A stretch of DNA of 63,980 bases, counting the filler, from Fonticula-like sp. SCN 57-25 (Eukaryota): assembly GCA_001724245.1 (NCBI GenBank). It is 9 parts of 9 records of this genome, joined end to end, with 100 filler letters (N's around TTAATTAATTAA, not from the genome) between each part and the next. Parts side by side here need not be neighbours in the genome. Positions count along the whole stretch, not along the records: positions 36,155 to 43,252 come from MEDX01000395.1; positions 43,353 to 50,436 come from MEDX01000396.1; 7 more parts are not named here. One strand, given 5' to 3'. Positions 36,055 through 48,706 of the stretch are shown here, one piece after another. A program made the position numbers and the translations under genes. Below the pieces are notes generated by a model, which had not been told where the DNA came from, did no database searches, and saw only the letters and a program-made list of their open reading frames with translations. Numbering within the stretch: the stretch's first letter is position 1; every line of letters starts with the position of its first letter.

Positions 36055-36255
36055 NNNNNNNNNNNNNNNNNNNNNNNNNNNNNNNNNNNNNNNNNNNNTT
36101 AATTAATTAANNNNNNNNNNNNNNNNNNNNNNNNNNNNNNNNNNNNNNNNNNNNCAAAATTTCACTTCAACACGTGTGGATACAGTACGCAATGGGCAAG
36201 ATAAACATATATGTCATAAGTATATTTACACCCCTAAACAAATCAAGAAGAAAGA

Positions 36256-38357
36256 CTAGACAGCTTGGTTGTCGATCGTACTGGCACCGCTCCACTTTGA
36301 CACCCACGTGGCCTTATCACCATCTGTTTCACTTCTCATTTTACGCACTAATCCGATAAACTTTACCGCATCTGCCGCCTTGAGCGCTCCTTTTGATGCT
36401 TCAATGACACGTGGCGGCGAAAGAGAACATAGGGCAGCACCATGCCACTCAGCATCGGACAAACATCCATATGGCTCACCAAGTGTTTTGATCCAGTTTG
36501 CAGTTTGCGCTTCGTCCCATGATGGGACACTTCCACTTGGCGGGGCGAATGTACTGTCATCACTAAGCTTGTAATGCGCAATATAACCACGAAGTAAAAG
36601 AGCAGAGGCATCGGGAAATGACACATTATTCTCCGTGACGTCACCCACATTGAGCAAGGTAAGGGAAACGCCATCAACATCTTTCAAATCAAATTGCAGT
36701 TTGCTCATGCCAATGTCACACAGCCACTCTTTAAAGGCGGCACCGCGAAGGTCCTCCAATCCAGAAACAGATAGGCAATCTGTCAAGCTGTCAATTGTCT
36801 GCGTGCAGACATTGATTATGCCAAGTAGTTCACTATGGCGCTCCGTCATAATACTGAAATGACGCAATTCGTCAGTTTGCAGTTGGCCTAACTCATTCTT
36901 CTCGCCCGCCACTGTACACATGTTAGTTATACAACCACGTGACCTAAATGCGCACATTTGGCCTCGAGGTCGGCAATGGAGCGGTTCAGTTCCTGTACAC
37001 GTGTCAATTGCTGACGTAATCCGCTGTCTGCCTTTTCAAGGAATGCCCCAGTGCGTTTGATTTCTTCCGTCGCCTTTGCCAACCGTTTCCGGACGCATAC
37101 TTGGGCGGGCACGGCCACTTGAGAGGCAGGTGCAATATAAGGGTTAGTTTGCCAAAAATCAACTTGACTGGGCTTGTATAGACCGAGCGCAAGAGTGCCG
37201 GATGGAGCATGATAAGAAAAAGAAAACGCCTTGACAAGAATGAGTGAGATGAATAGAAAAAAAGAGACGCACATCTCCACATTTGTAGTTTGCAGTTTGC
37301 ACTCCGTCAGAGGTGCGCCAAATGCGGAGTGATTTGTCGGTTGACGCGGTGACGACGAGCGACTCATCGCCGAGAAAGGCGCCACCAGAGACTGGCTTGG
37401 TATGTCTCTTGAGTGTCACGTGAGGAGTGGATGACCACGTGGAGCCTGCTGATGGAACATTCCAGATGGAAGCAGTTCCATCGGCACTTGTGGCCAATAG
37501 CATGCGGCCAGAGGGGCTGAAGCAAAGAGATTTAATCTAGTCTCAGGTGAGTAGGAGAACATCAAAAAGCATATCGCACCCATTGAGAATGGTGCTTGTT
37601 ACTTAATAACTGTACCCACTTGCCTTTGGTCAATCCATAAAAGTACATTTCACCAGCATGACAGCTCACGGCAAGAAGATTCCCGTCGGGAGAAAAGGCT
37701 AGATGATTCACCTGCATAATCAATTATGAATAATCGAAGATAACACATTATTCGTAAACGCACAAAACCAGGTAATCCGGTGAATATCTCAATAACTGCA
37801 TAATTGTTGGACGGGTCCAAGAGTGTCACGGCATTATCTTCTCCACCGATGGCAAGGATCCCGCGAGGACAGAGCGCGCAACCTTTCAACTAGACAAGGG
37901 ATGAGCAAAGAAAGCGCGGCGCGCATGATGCATACAGCCTTGTCGATCTTGAACACGGTCGAGTGCACTTTGTTGTCTGACATGTCTGTAACTTTGATGA
38001 CGTTACCGCCGCCTGTTACGACGAAGAGACTCTTCCCGTCGGGCAACCACGCGACACCACGCACCTGTCATGATGACATGATGTTGGTCAGAACGAAAGA
38101 CATCGATCATGCGCGTACAAAACGATCATTTATTGTAGCGGTCACCTTTGTACGCGCTGCAATATTGGTGATGCGGAGTGAGCTTCCAAAACTTGCAGTT
38201 GCCACGAAAGTGCCGTCGGGGGACAACACACACACTTCCACCTGAAACACAAGCTGAATCAGACCAGCGAGCGCGAGGAGAACCGGCGACGTACTGGTTC
38301 GTCGCGCATCTTAATGGTCGCCCCTTTAACGAATAGCTGTGCTGTCGTATCAGCCAT
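36256..38357 (-). CDS. WD40 x7 - coiled coil - SAM - SAM protein, tandem copy A; 8 exons
   Basis: Spliced reading frame traced intact: MADTTAQL...|VEVCVLSPDG|VRGVAWLPDG|LKGCALCPRG|VNHLAFSPDG|IKSLCFSPSG...GAFLGD...|AFSFSYH...coiled coil...EWLCDIGMSKL...DGVSLTLL...SWDEAQTANWIKTLG...GAALCSL. Confidence 0.8.
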
Positions 38358-38972
38358 TTTGCCGCTTACTTTCAGGTGACGGCCGACAGAGTCACCGAGT
38401 CAGCCGCGCGCGCCAACAGCGGATATTTACAGTCCAATCACGTGAGTGCTGCCGCCGCGATTCGCCCCTGATCACCCCCCGCCGCCCCCGGCGATCTGCC
38501 GGCGATGACTGGTCGACGTTGGTGGGCGCCACGAAGCGGCGCTCAAGCGCGAATACTATTGTGACATGCTCTGATATTTGTTTTCTCTGACGATTCAGAT
38601 ACGGTGTTTTTAACGAGAAAAGAAGCGCGGCATCCACACAAGCCCATCGCTTTGTCGTCCTCGACAAGACGACAACATCCGGCGCCACCGCCGGTCATCG
38701 GATCCTGGACGCGCCGCGTTCCGCGGCATTCGCCAATGCTCCTTGACGAATGTCGATGGACAGCACGAGCGGTTGATATGCGTCTATAATGCGCTCGTGG
38801 GCTCGGCCCACGGGATCCCGAAGCGAGTCGCTGATTCGGCCGATTGCCCCTGCAGTGTGGCGATGCCAGATGAAAGTGTGGCAACTGTCAAGCTTTCACA
38901 TCATAGTTTTGGCGTTATTTTACATATCTCCACTAAATATGGTCAACGTAATACATTATTATATAAAAGAGC

Positions 38973-41066
38973 CTAGGGACCTTGGGTGTCGTTCGTACTT
39001 GCGCCGCTCCACTTTGAGACCCACGCGGCCTTATCACCGTCCGTTTCATTCCTTATTTGACGAACAAGTCCAATTAATTTTACCGCGTCTGGCGCCTTGA
39101 GTGCGCCCTCGCTTGCTTCAATGACACGTGGCGGCGACAGCGAGCACAAAGCGGCACCATGCCAGCCAGCAGAGATTAAACATTCAAAACGAGTTCCAAG
39201 TGTCTTGATCCAGTTTGCAGTTTGCTCTTCGTCCCATGACAGCACGCTGCCACGTGGTGGTGAAAAAGCTTTGTCATCACTAAGCTTGTAATGCGCAATG
39301 TAGCCGCGCAGCTGAAGGGCAGCGGCATCGGAGAATGACACACCATTGTCCATGACGTCACCCACATTGAGCATCATTAGGGAAACACCTTCAGTGTCCT
39401 TCAGTTCAGTTTGCAGTTTGCTCAGGCCAATGTCACAAAGCCATTCCTTGAAGGGGTCACCGCAAAGATCCTCCAATCCGGACGCGGAAAGAGAGCGCGT
39501 CAAGCTGTCAATTGTCTGCGAACAAAACTGAATGATGCCATGCAGCGAATCACGGCGCTCCATCAGCCGAATACACTCACGAGACTCGTCAGTTTGCAGT
39601 TCCTCTAATTCCTTTTTCTCGCTCGCCACTAGACACAGTTAGTTTAAAACCACGTGATCTCAATTGCGTACATTTGGCCTCGAGGTCGGCAATCGAGCGC
39701 TTCAGTTCCATTTCACGTGATACCTGCTTACGCAAACCATCATCGGTCTTTTCAATTGATGCTTCTATGCCCTTGACTTGTACCTGGGCCGCTACCAACC
39801 GCTCGCGTAAACACACATGGTCAAGAAGGCCACTTTGATATGATGCAAACTGGGAATCAAGTTGCCAAATTTCAACCTCACGGTTCATCTTGACAATTGT
39901 TATGTTTCCAGAGGCAGCATGATACGACAACGAAATCGCCTAATATCAAAGGTGAGAAACAGAATATGAATGCCAAAAGGACGCACAAATAGACATGGGT
40001 AGGTTGCAATTTGCACTCCATCAAAGGTGCGCCACATGCGGATCGATTTACCAATAGAACAGGTGATGACGTGTGAATCGTCGCCGAGAAAGGCGCCGCC
40101 GGTGACTTGACTCGAGTGTCCCTTGAGTGTCATGTGAGGAGTGGATGACCACGTGGAGCCTGCTGATGGAACATTCCAGATGGAAGCAGTTCCATCGGCA
40201 CTTGTGGCCAATAGCATGTGGCCAGAGGGGCTGAAGCAGAGAGAAAAGATCTATACGCAATTAGCAGTGAAAATATAAAGACAAGTATCATACGTGATCA
40301 GAGTGATGCTTATTATATGATACTTGCGCCCACTTGCCATTGGTCAGTCCATAAATGTACATGTGGCCATCCCAACATCCCGCGGCGAACATAGTCCCGT
40401 CGCGAGAAAAGGCAAAGCAGTACACCTGCAGTACCAAGGTGAGCTCCAGCAAGAAATCATTCATAGCACACCTTATTAGCCAAATTTCTAAATTTCACTA
40501 TAATCGAATAGCTCTTTGATGGATTTAAGAGCGTCACGGATCGGTTCGCTCCACTAACGGCAAGGATCCCGCGAGGGCTGAACGCGCATTTTTCCAACTG
40601 GAAGAAGGTTGAGCCAAGTTGGCGCGCTGCGCGCAAATATGATGCGTACGGGCGTGCTGACCTTGTAAACTGTCGAACGCGCATTGTTGTTTGCAACTCG
40701 GCATTGGATGACACTGCCATCGTAGGTCACGACGATAAGATGCGTTCCGTCGGGTGACCACGCGACACCACCCACCTTTCGTGGCGGTCAGAACAATCGA
40801 GGAGAAACAGTCGCGTACGGTACCGCTGCCACAGTCCACAGTGCGCACATCTGCCATCGTGGCCTGCGTGACAATATCGTTGATGTAGAGGAAATTTGAC
40901 GGTCGGCAACCGCGAGATGCCACCAAGGTGCGGTCGGGGGAAAGTGCACACCCTTCCAACTGGATGCAGCATCAGATTACCAGCGCATCTCAAGCGGGAG
41001 AGAACAACTACGCACCCCCCCCATTTGTGTTGTTTTAGTCGCCGTTTTGACCAGTTGCTGCGCCAT
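38973..41066 (-). CDS. WD40 - coiled coil - SAM - SAM protein, tandem copy B
   Basis: MAQQLVKTAT...|LEGCALSPDR...|VGGVAWSPDG...; C-terminal ORF 38973-39629 is highly similar to copies A and C. Confidence 0.8.
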
Positions 41067-41333
41067 TGCGTCTACTGCGCTTCCCGCTTTCCCTCCAAGA
41101 TGACCGCGCAGCTCAACACCCAGTCAGCAGATGACAGGGCAATTAGTCACGTGATCTGATGCTTTCAGTACAATCTTGCCAGCTGCTGCCAATGGCTTGA
41201 ATACATTAAAACGTCGGACAGTATCATGTAAATATTTCAATAATAAGATGCGCGTTCAACATGTGTGGATACTGTGTAAATAAAAATAGCCAAGACACTC
41301 CTATTAATACAATCAATAATTCGTAGATCTTTT

Positions 41334-43252
41334 CTAGGCAGCTTGGTTGTCGATCGTACTGGCACCACTCCACTTTGACACCCACGTGGCCTTATCACCA
41401 TCTGTTTCGCTTCTCATTATACGTACTAATCCGATAAACTTTACCGCATCAGCAGCATTAAGTTTTCCTTTCGATGCTTCAATGACACGTGGTGGCGAAA
41501 GAGAACATAGGGCAGGGCCATGCCAGCCAGAAGTGAAAAGACAAGAAAAAGGAGCATCAAGTGAAACAATCCAGTTTGCAGTTTGCTTAATGTCCCATGA
41601 CAGCACACTATCACGTGGCGGTGAAAAAGCTCTGTCTTCACCCAGCTTAAAGTGCGCAATGTAGCCGCGCAATAAAAGAGCAGCAGCATCATTAAATGAC
41701 ACACCATATTCCATGACGTCACCCACATTCAGCATTGTCAAGGAAACACCATCAGTGTCCTTCAGTTCAGTTTGCAGTTTGCTCATTCCAATATCACAAA
41801 GCCATTCCATAAAAGCATCGCCGCAAAGATTCTCCAATCCGGAAACAGCAAGACAGTCTGTCAAGCTGTCAAGTGTCTTTGTGCAGTCATTGATAATGCC
41901 AAGCAGTTCACTATGGCGCTTCATTTGAATCCAATATTCACGTGACTCTTCAGTTTGCATTTCTTCGAGATCCCTTTTCATGCTCGTCCACACAAACACA
42001 ACCGTCTCACTCAAATAGTTAAATTTGGCCTCAAAGTCGGCAATCGAGCGCTTCACCTCATTTTCACGTGATATTTGCTCACGTAAGTCATCATCTGGCT
42101 CTTCAAGTGATGCTTCAACATCCTTGATTTCTGCCTGCGCCGCCTCCAGTCGCTTGCGTACGCATGAGGCGGACGAGTCCGCTTGAGGGGCAGATGCAAT
42201 CTGAGGATCAGTTTGCCACTTTTCGATATGACCGTCGTGCGTGACAACTGCAATGCTCGTAGACGCAGCATGATAGGACAATAGCCGCACCTGTATGATA
42301 TAGAAATGAGATGCGCAATATTAACAGAAAAAGGAGTGACACACCGATCCAGTATCGTAGTTTGCAGTTTGCACTCCGTCAGAGGTGCGCCAAACGCGGA
42401 GGGTCTTATCTTCGGATCCAGTCACGACGTGCGACTCATCGCCCAGAAAAGCGCCTCCTCTGATTGGTGACGTGTGCCCCCTGAGTGTCACGTGAGGAGT
42501 GGATGGCCACGTGGCATCTAATGGAACATTCCATATGGAAGCAGTGTTGTCAGTACATGTGGCCAACAGCATTCGGCCAGAGGGACTGAAGCAGATCGAG
42601 TTGATCTAACAAAAATAGTTTGCTATGATTAGTTATGACAGTATCAAAGAGACAAGTGCCGTACAAAATAAGAATGACATTGGAAATCTGCTACTTGTGC
42701 CCACTGTGCCCACGTGCCTTTGACCAGGCCAAAAATGTACATGTGGCCATTCAAACATCCGGCAGCAAGAAGATTCCCGTCAGGGGAAAAGGCAAAAGAG
42801 TGCACCTGCGTATTTCAAGGTGAACACCAAGTAAGAAATCATTCATGAGCGTACAACATGAGCCAAATTAGTGAATTTCTTTACGACGGAAAATCTGGAT
42901 GGGTTTAAGAGTATCACTGTACGATTTCCACTGACCGCAAGGATGTTGCGAGAACTGATCGCGCAACTAGTCACCTAGACAAGAGGTGAGCAAAGAAGGG
43001 GCGAAAGCATAAGGCATACGTCAGTTTTGAGCCTGTGCACAATCGCGTCCTTATAGTGTTGGAGGACTACGAAAATATTTCCGTCCCGCGCCAAGGCGAC
43101 AAGTAGCTGTCCGTCCGGCGACCAAGCGGCGCTCCGCATCTTTCGTGATGTCAGGACAAAAGAGGAGATCAGGTTGCGTACAAAACTACTCAAATCCACA
43201 GTGTGCGTTTCTGCCTTCGTGGCAACATCGATGACGTGGAGGACATCTGGCG
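41334..43252 (-). CDS. WD40 - coiled coil - SAM - SAM protein, tandem copy C (5'-truncated)
   Basis: MRSAAWSPDG..., MLLATCTDNTASIWNVP...GGAFLGDESHVVTGSEDKTLRVW; C-terminal ORF 41334-42290 ends WVSKWSGASTIDNQAA. Confidence 0.8.
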
Positions 43253-43449
43253 NNNNNNNNNNNNNNNNNNNNNNNNNNNNNNNNNNNNNNNNNNNNTTAA
43301 TTAATTAANNNNNNNNNNNNNNNNNNNNNNNNNNNNNNNNNNNNNNNNNNNNAAATACCCATATTTCTTGAAATGTTTTCACTGATATTCAAACTGCTAT
43401 GTACACCAATATAGAGCTATTACTAAAACAGAAAAAGCCGCGCTCTAAT

Positions 43450-46400
43450 CTAGTCAGAGTCCTCAGCGTCGTCATCCTCCTCGTCCTCATCATCATCCAG
43501 GACCATCGTGTACTTCTTGCGCGTAGTGGCGGCGGCACGCGATGAGCGCTGCAAGGCAAAAATGTAAGCAAACATACCCACAAATAACAAGGCTAGCGTA
43601 CAGCGCGGGGGGCGACAAGGAGCTCGTCGTCGTCGTCGCTCTGGATGGCGGCGCGGAACGACTCATCCAGGTCAAAGTCGTCGTCATCGTCGTCATCAAC
43701 AATGGCGCGGCGCTTGGCGACCGGCGCCTTCTTCGAAACGACCTTGCGAGGCGGCGACGGCTCGTCATCGCTCTCGCTCAGCTCGTCGGTCAACTCATCC
43801 TCGCTGCTCTCCACAACCTTCTTGCGCTTGGGGGCAGCGGCGGCCTTGGGGGCGGCGGCCGCCTTCTTGACAGGGGCCTTCTTTGCCGCCGGGGCCTTGG
43901 GCGCGGGCGCAAGCGTGGCAACGACGTCGTCGTCGTCGTCGTTGATAGTAACGGGGGCAGCCGCAGGGACAGCCTTGCGACGAGGGGCAGCGGCCTTCTT
44001 GGGCTTGGCTGCCGGCGCAGCAACGCCGTCGGTCGGCTGCCCGCCCTCCTCACCGTCCTCGATGGCGGTGATGGTGGCGAAAGCGGTGCGCTTCGGCACA
44101 ACAGCGCGAATGTTCACCGTCGCATCAGTCTACATCATCGTCAGTAAAAAAAGAAACAAAAAAAGGCAAAGCGTACGTCAGTGGAGGTGGGGAAGGCGTC
44201 CCACGCGGCCTCAAAGGCGTCGAGGTCGGCGCTCCAGAGGTCCTTGTGGCTCTTGCTGGTGAGCTCCTTGATCTCGGCCTCGCAGGCCGACTTCTCCTTC
44301 ATGAGCTGCTGCACCTTCTCATGCGTCAAGCTCCAGAGCGGCATCGACAAGAGGTAGTTGAAGCTCACCGGGGCGGTGTCGGCCGACTCTTCGTCGTCGT
44401 CCTCGGTCGGCTCAGCCTTGCGGGTGCCATTGGCGGCCTTGGTCGGGAGAGGCGTAAACTTGAGGCGCGTGAGGTCGGCAATGATTTCGTCCTTCTTGCG
44501 CTTGGCAATCACGAGCTTGCCTTCAACGACGGCCATGATGAAGCGGGCCTTGTTGTCGAGGCGCGTCCAGGTGGCCTGCATCTTGTCGAGCAGGGCAGAC
44601 TTGCGGGCGCGGTAATAGTCAAGGCGGAGCTCAAAGAACTCTTGGAGAATCTCGATCGGCGTAGTGTACTTGCGGATGCGGTTCTCCTTGTCAAAGCACA
44701 CCAGGTTGCTCGTGCTGATCGTGGTCGAAAGCTTAAACTTGGCCTCGACACCCTCCGCGTTCACGGCGGCAACACCCTCAGGCGTCAGGTCGATGGTGAA
44801 GCGGACCTTGGTGTCCGTGTGGTGCTCCTTAAAATCCTTGACAAGCGGCGGCTGGGCGTTCTCGCTCGACCCGGACGGGACGACCATCATCTCCTCAAGC
44901 ATCTCCTTGTACGACTGCGTCCAGACGCCAACGGGCAGCTCAGTGACCTCAATCTTGTTGTGCTCGGGGCGCGAGTAAATGCCGGTGACGCGGTACTTGT
45001 CAAGGGCAATCTGCTCGGTGCTGCCGCGGAAGCCGCGGTACCAGGGGTGCATGGTCTGGGGCTCCTCGCCGCGAAGCATCAGGCGCAGGTTATTGACAAT
45101 GTCGCGGGGGTTGTAGTTGGGAATGGACGAGCGCCATCCGGTACCAATACCATCGCTGCCGTTGACGAGGATCATCGGCACAACGGGAACATAGTACTGC
45201 GGCTCGATGCTCTGGCCGTCGTCATCGAGGTACTTAAGCAGCGCATCGTCATTCTCATTGAAGAGGACGCGGCTGAGCGCGGCCAGCACCGTGAACACGT
45301 AACGGGACGACGCAGCGTCCTTGCCACCCTGGAGGCGAGTACCAAACTGGCCGAGCGGCTCAAGCAGGTTGATGTTGTTGGCGCCAACAAAGTCCTGCGC
45401 CATGCCAATGATGGTCATGGCGAGCGACTGCTCACCGTGGTGGTAGGCCGAGTGCTCGGCAACGTAGCCGGCAAGCTGAGCGACCTTGATCTCATTCTTG
45501 AGCTTGCGCTTGAAGCAGCCGTACAGGACCTTGCGCTGGCCCGGCTTGAAGCCATCGACGAGCGAGGGAATTGAGCGGATATTGTCGGCCATCGAGAACA
45601 GAATCAACTCCTTGTTGACAAAGTCGGGGATGGTGATCTCGGCGGCGCTGTGATCGATAAAGGTGCCGACCTGCAGGCTGCGCAGCCAGTCCTTGCGCTC
45701 GTCGGCGCGCTTCTTGCTAAAAGCAAGGTCGATGAGCTGGCGGCCTTCCTGCTCGCACGACGCAAACACCTTGCGGTGGAGGTCAAGCTTGGAAAAGTAG
45801 GCCTTGGCCTCGGCCGAGGTGCTGGTACCCAGACCCTTGTAGTACTTGATGGTCCAGTTGCGCGCATTGTCATTGGCCTCGCGCCAGGTCTCGTACTCGG
45901 GGATCGTAAAGAACGCAACCTCCTTCTTGCGGTTGCCAGTGCCGCTGGTGGCCTTGACAATGGGCGTGATAAACTCAATGAGGAAGCCGGGGATGCGCAG
46001 CAGCGAGGGGAAGAAGACATCGAAAAAGTTGATGATGAGGCCCTTGATGTGGGAACCGTCATAATCCTGATCAGTCATGATCATGAGGCGACCGTAGCGG
46101 AGCGAGTCAACGGTCGGGTACTCCTTGCCGTGCTGAAGACCCATGATCTTCTTGAGCTGCGAGATTTCCTCGTTGTCCATCACCTGCTTGAGCGACGCAT
46201 CGCGCACGTTCAAAAGCTTACCGCGAAGCGGGAAAACACCATAATAGTCGCGTCCAACGACCGAAAGGCCAGAGACAGCAAGAGCCTTGGCGGAGTCACC
46301 TTCCGTGAGAATCAGGGTGCACTTGTGCGCCTGGCGGGTGCCGGCATGGTTGGCGTCGTCGAGCTTGGAAATGCCGCTCACGCGGGAGCTCTTTGAGCCG

Positions 46401-48098
46401 TCGGTCTTCTTGAGCTGCTGCGTCTGCTTGGCACGGTGCGTCTCAAGAATGCTGTCAATGATGCCCGACTTGTTCACTAAACATTATCGTTAGTAAAAGT
46501 TTAAAAATGGCCATTCAGGCGTACGCTTCTTGAGCGTGTCATCAGTGAGGGAGCACTTGGAGCCAAAGAGACTGGCCTTGAGGGTCATGTTCTCCTTGGT
46601 CTGCGAGTCGAATGCCGGGTTCTCGACCAGGCAGTTGATAAACACCCACAGGTGGCTCTTGATCTGGAAGGGCTTGATGGCATCCTTCTCCTTGCTCTTC
46701 TTGTTGACAAATTCGCCGATGGAAGAGACCACCTGGTCGACGACGTGCGTGACGTGCGTGCCGCCCTTGTACGTGCAGATCGAGTTGACAAAGCTGACCT
46801 GGGTAAACTGGCCCTCAGAGGCAGTGATGCAAATCTCCCAGCGGTCATTGTTGATTTCGTGGAACACCGTCGTAAGGGGGTTCTTGACGTAGAGCTCGAC
46901 ATACGACTTGAAGCTCTTGAGGTTGATGCGGACGTCATTGAGGTACACCTTGACATCGCGGAGAATACCGGCCATGTCGTAGACGCGCTTGCGCAAGAGG
47001 GCCTCGAGGTCCTCGTCAATGTGCGTCATGCCAAAGCGCGGCAGGTCAGGGCAGAAGGTGATCTTGGTGTAGTCATCCTTGCCTGTTGTGATCTTGGGCT
47101 CATGGCGCACCGTCATATTCTCGGTGAACCTCTGGGTGTACTTTTGCCCCGAGCGGCTGTCGGCTATAGAGCAATGTTTAGCAAAAAAGAAAACGCAAAA
47201 AAGGTAAAGCAGCGCACCTGTCTCGACAATAAACTCCTTGGAGAAAATGTTGGTGAGCTTGGCACCATAACCGTTACGACCACCAGTCGTCTTCTTCTGG
47301 TCGTCGTCATAGTTGGAACTCGTGAGGAGGTTGCCGAAAATGAGCTCGGGAACATAAATCTAAGAGGCACCAGGTAAGCACAAAGGCCATAAATAGTCAA
47401 AGCCGGACCTTTTCGGTAGCATGGATCTGGATGGGGATACCGCGCCCGTTGTTCATGACCGAAATGCTGCCGCGCTCCTTGTCGATGGTGACGCAAATCT
47501 TGTCCATGGTCGAGTCGCGGACCTTGTTGTCGGCGGCGTTGACGAGGATTTCGTCGAAAATCTTGTACAGACCGGGCACAAACTTGACCTGGCGGAAAAC
47601 CATGCCAGCCTCACCGTCATGAACCCACATGCCCTGGACCTGCTCTTGCGTCGAGCCAATGTAACTGTCGGGGCGATGCAGAATGTGCTCGAGCAGAGAC
47701 TTTTTCTGGTAGACTTCCTCAACAGGACGGTCGCTCGTGACGTTATCCTGGTCGGCGGTCTTGGCCGCCAAAGGCATAGCAGCAGGCTTGGCAACCTTGG
47801 GCGCCGCAGCCTTCTTGGGCTTGGTAGCCGCGACCGGCGCAGCGTTCTCATCGTTGGGGAGAGGAGCAGCAGCCTTCTTGGCAGCAGCAGTAGACTTGGT
47901 AGCCGTTTTCTTGGGTGCGGCCGTGGCGTCGGACATCGCCTTCTTCATTACCTTCTTGGCGAGCTGCGCGAATCGTGTCAGACGATTCCAGAAACCCATG
48001 CGCGAAAAACGTACCGACTTGACGGGGGCGTAGTCGTCATCAGATTCGCTCATTCCGCCATTCATAAAATAGTCGTCCTCTTCGAAAATGTCCGTCAT
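43450..48098 (-). CDS. TOP2: DNA topoisomerase II, multi-exon
   Basis: EHILHRPDSYIGS, KIFDEILVNAADNK, GGRNGYGAKL, LILTEGDSAK, PLRGKLLNVR, IMTDQDYDGSHIKG, YYKGLGTS, YHHGE, AASSRY (active-site Tyr). Confidence 0.98.
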
Positions 48099-48706
48099 TT
48101 CTACCGTACCTTGCGCCCAGATGGTGCGCGGGAGAGGGACACTTGTGGAGGGAAGACTGAAGAAAATTCAAAGCGGGAACGCGTTTATAAACATTTGAAA
48201 CGGTAAGCGTCTCTGATTATTTGGCAGCTCAACATGATGAATATTGGATTTCTTTGAAACCGTTACGAAATCAGAGTCGATTTTCAAAGGTTGCCCAAAG
48301 TGAATTTCGTAACTGTCAAAACGCCAACGAATCGCGATTGATCTGAATCGCGATCGTTTTCAAGGTCACAACGACTAGTACATGGGTCGCACCTTTTTAC
48401 AGTGACGGGCGGCGATAGAGACACGCGCGCCATATATGCACAGCACGAGTGCGTTCCATTCTGTATTTTTGCCAAAGGCCAAACGAGTCATAGCGTCATT
48501 AAAATAGGTATTACGCTTTCGTTGGCCATCGGCACACATTCCCCGACTGACCATACACGAAAGGATCAAATAAATGAAAACCGGGCACGGGGTTGTTTTA
48601 TTTACACATTATGGCGCGTATAATCCAAGGAAAGGAGTCATACGCACACACTCTAATGAGCCGTGCGTGGCGATGTTAAAACCCTGAAAACAAACAATAA
48701 GACATA

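Noticed and set aside
35566-36957. Apparent continuity between the WD40 fragment at 35566-36054 and the cluster starting at 36256
   Set aside because: Separated by an artificial linker, and contig order reflects length only; linkage is unsupported.
44246-48206. Long antisense ORFs opposite TOP2 (also 55287-56711 opposite eIF3b, 31500-32807 opposite the patatin gene, 777-1613 opposite Timeless)
   Set aside because: Shadow ORFs expected from high GC3 codon bias; no recognisable motifs.
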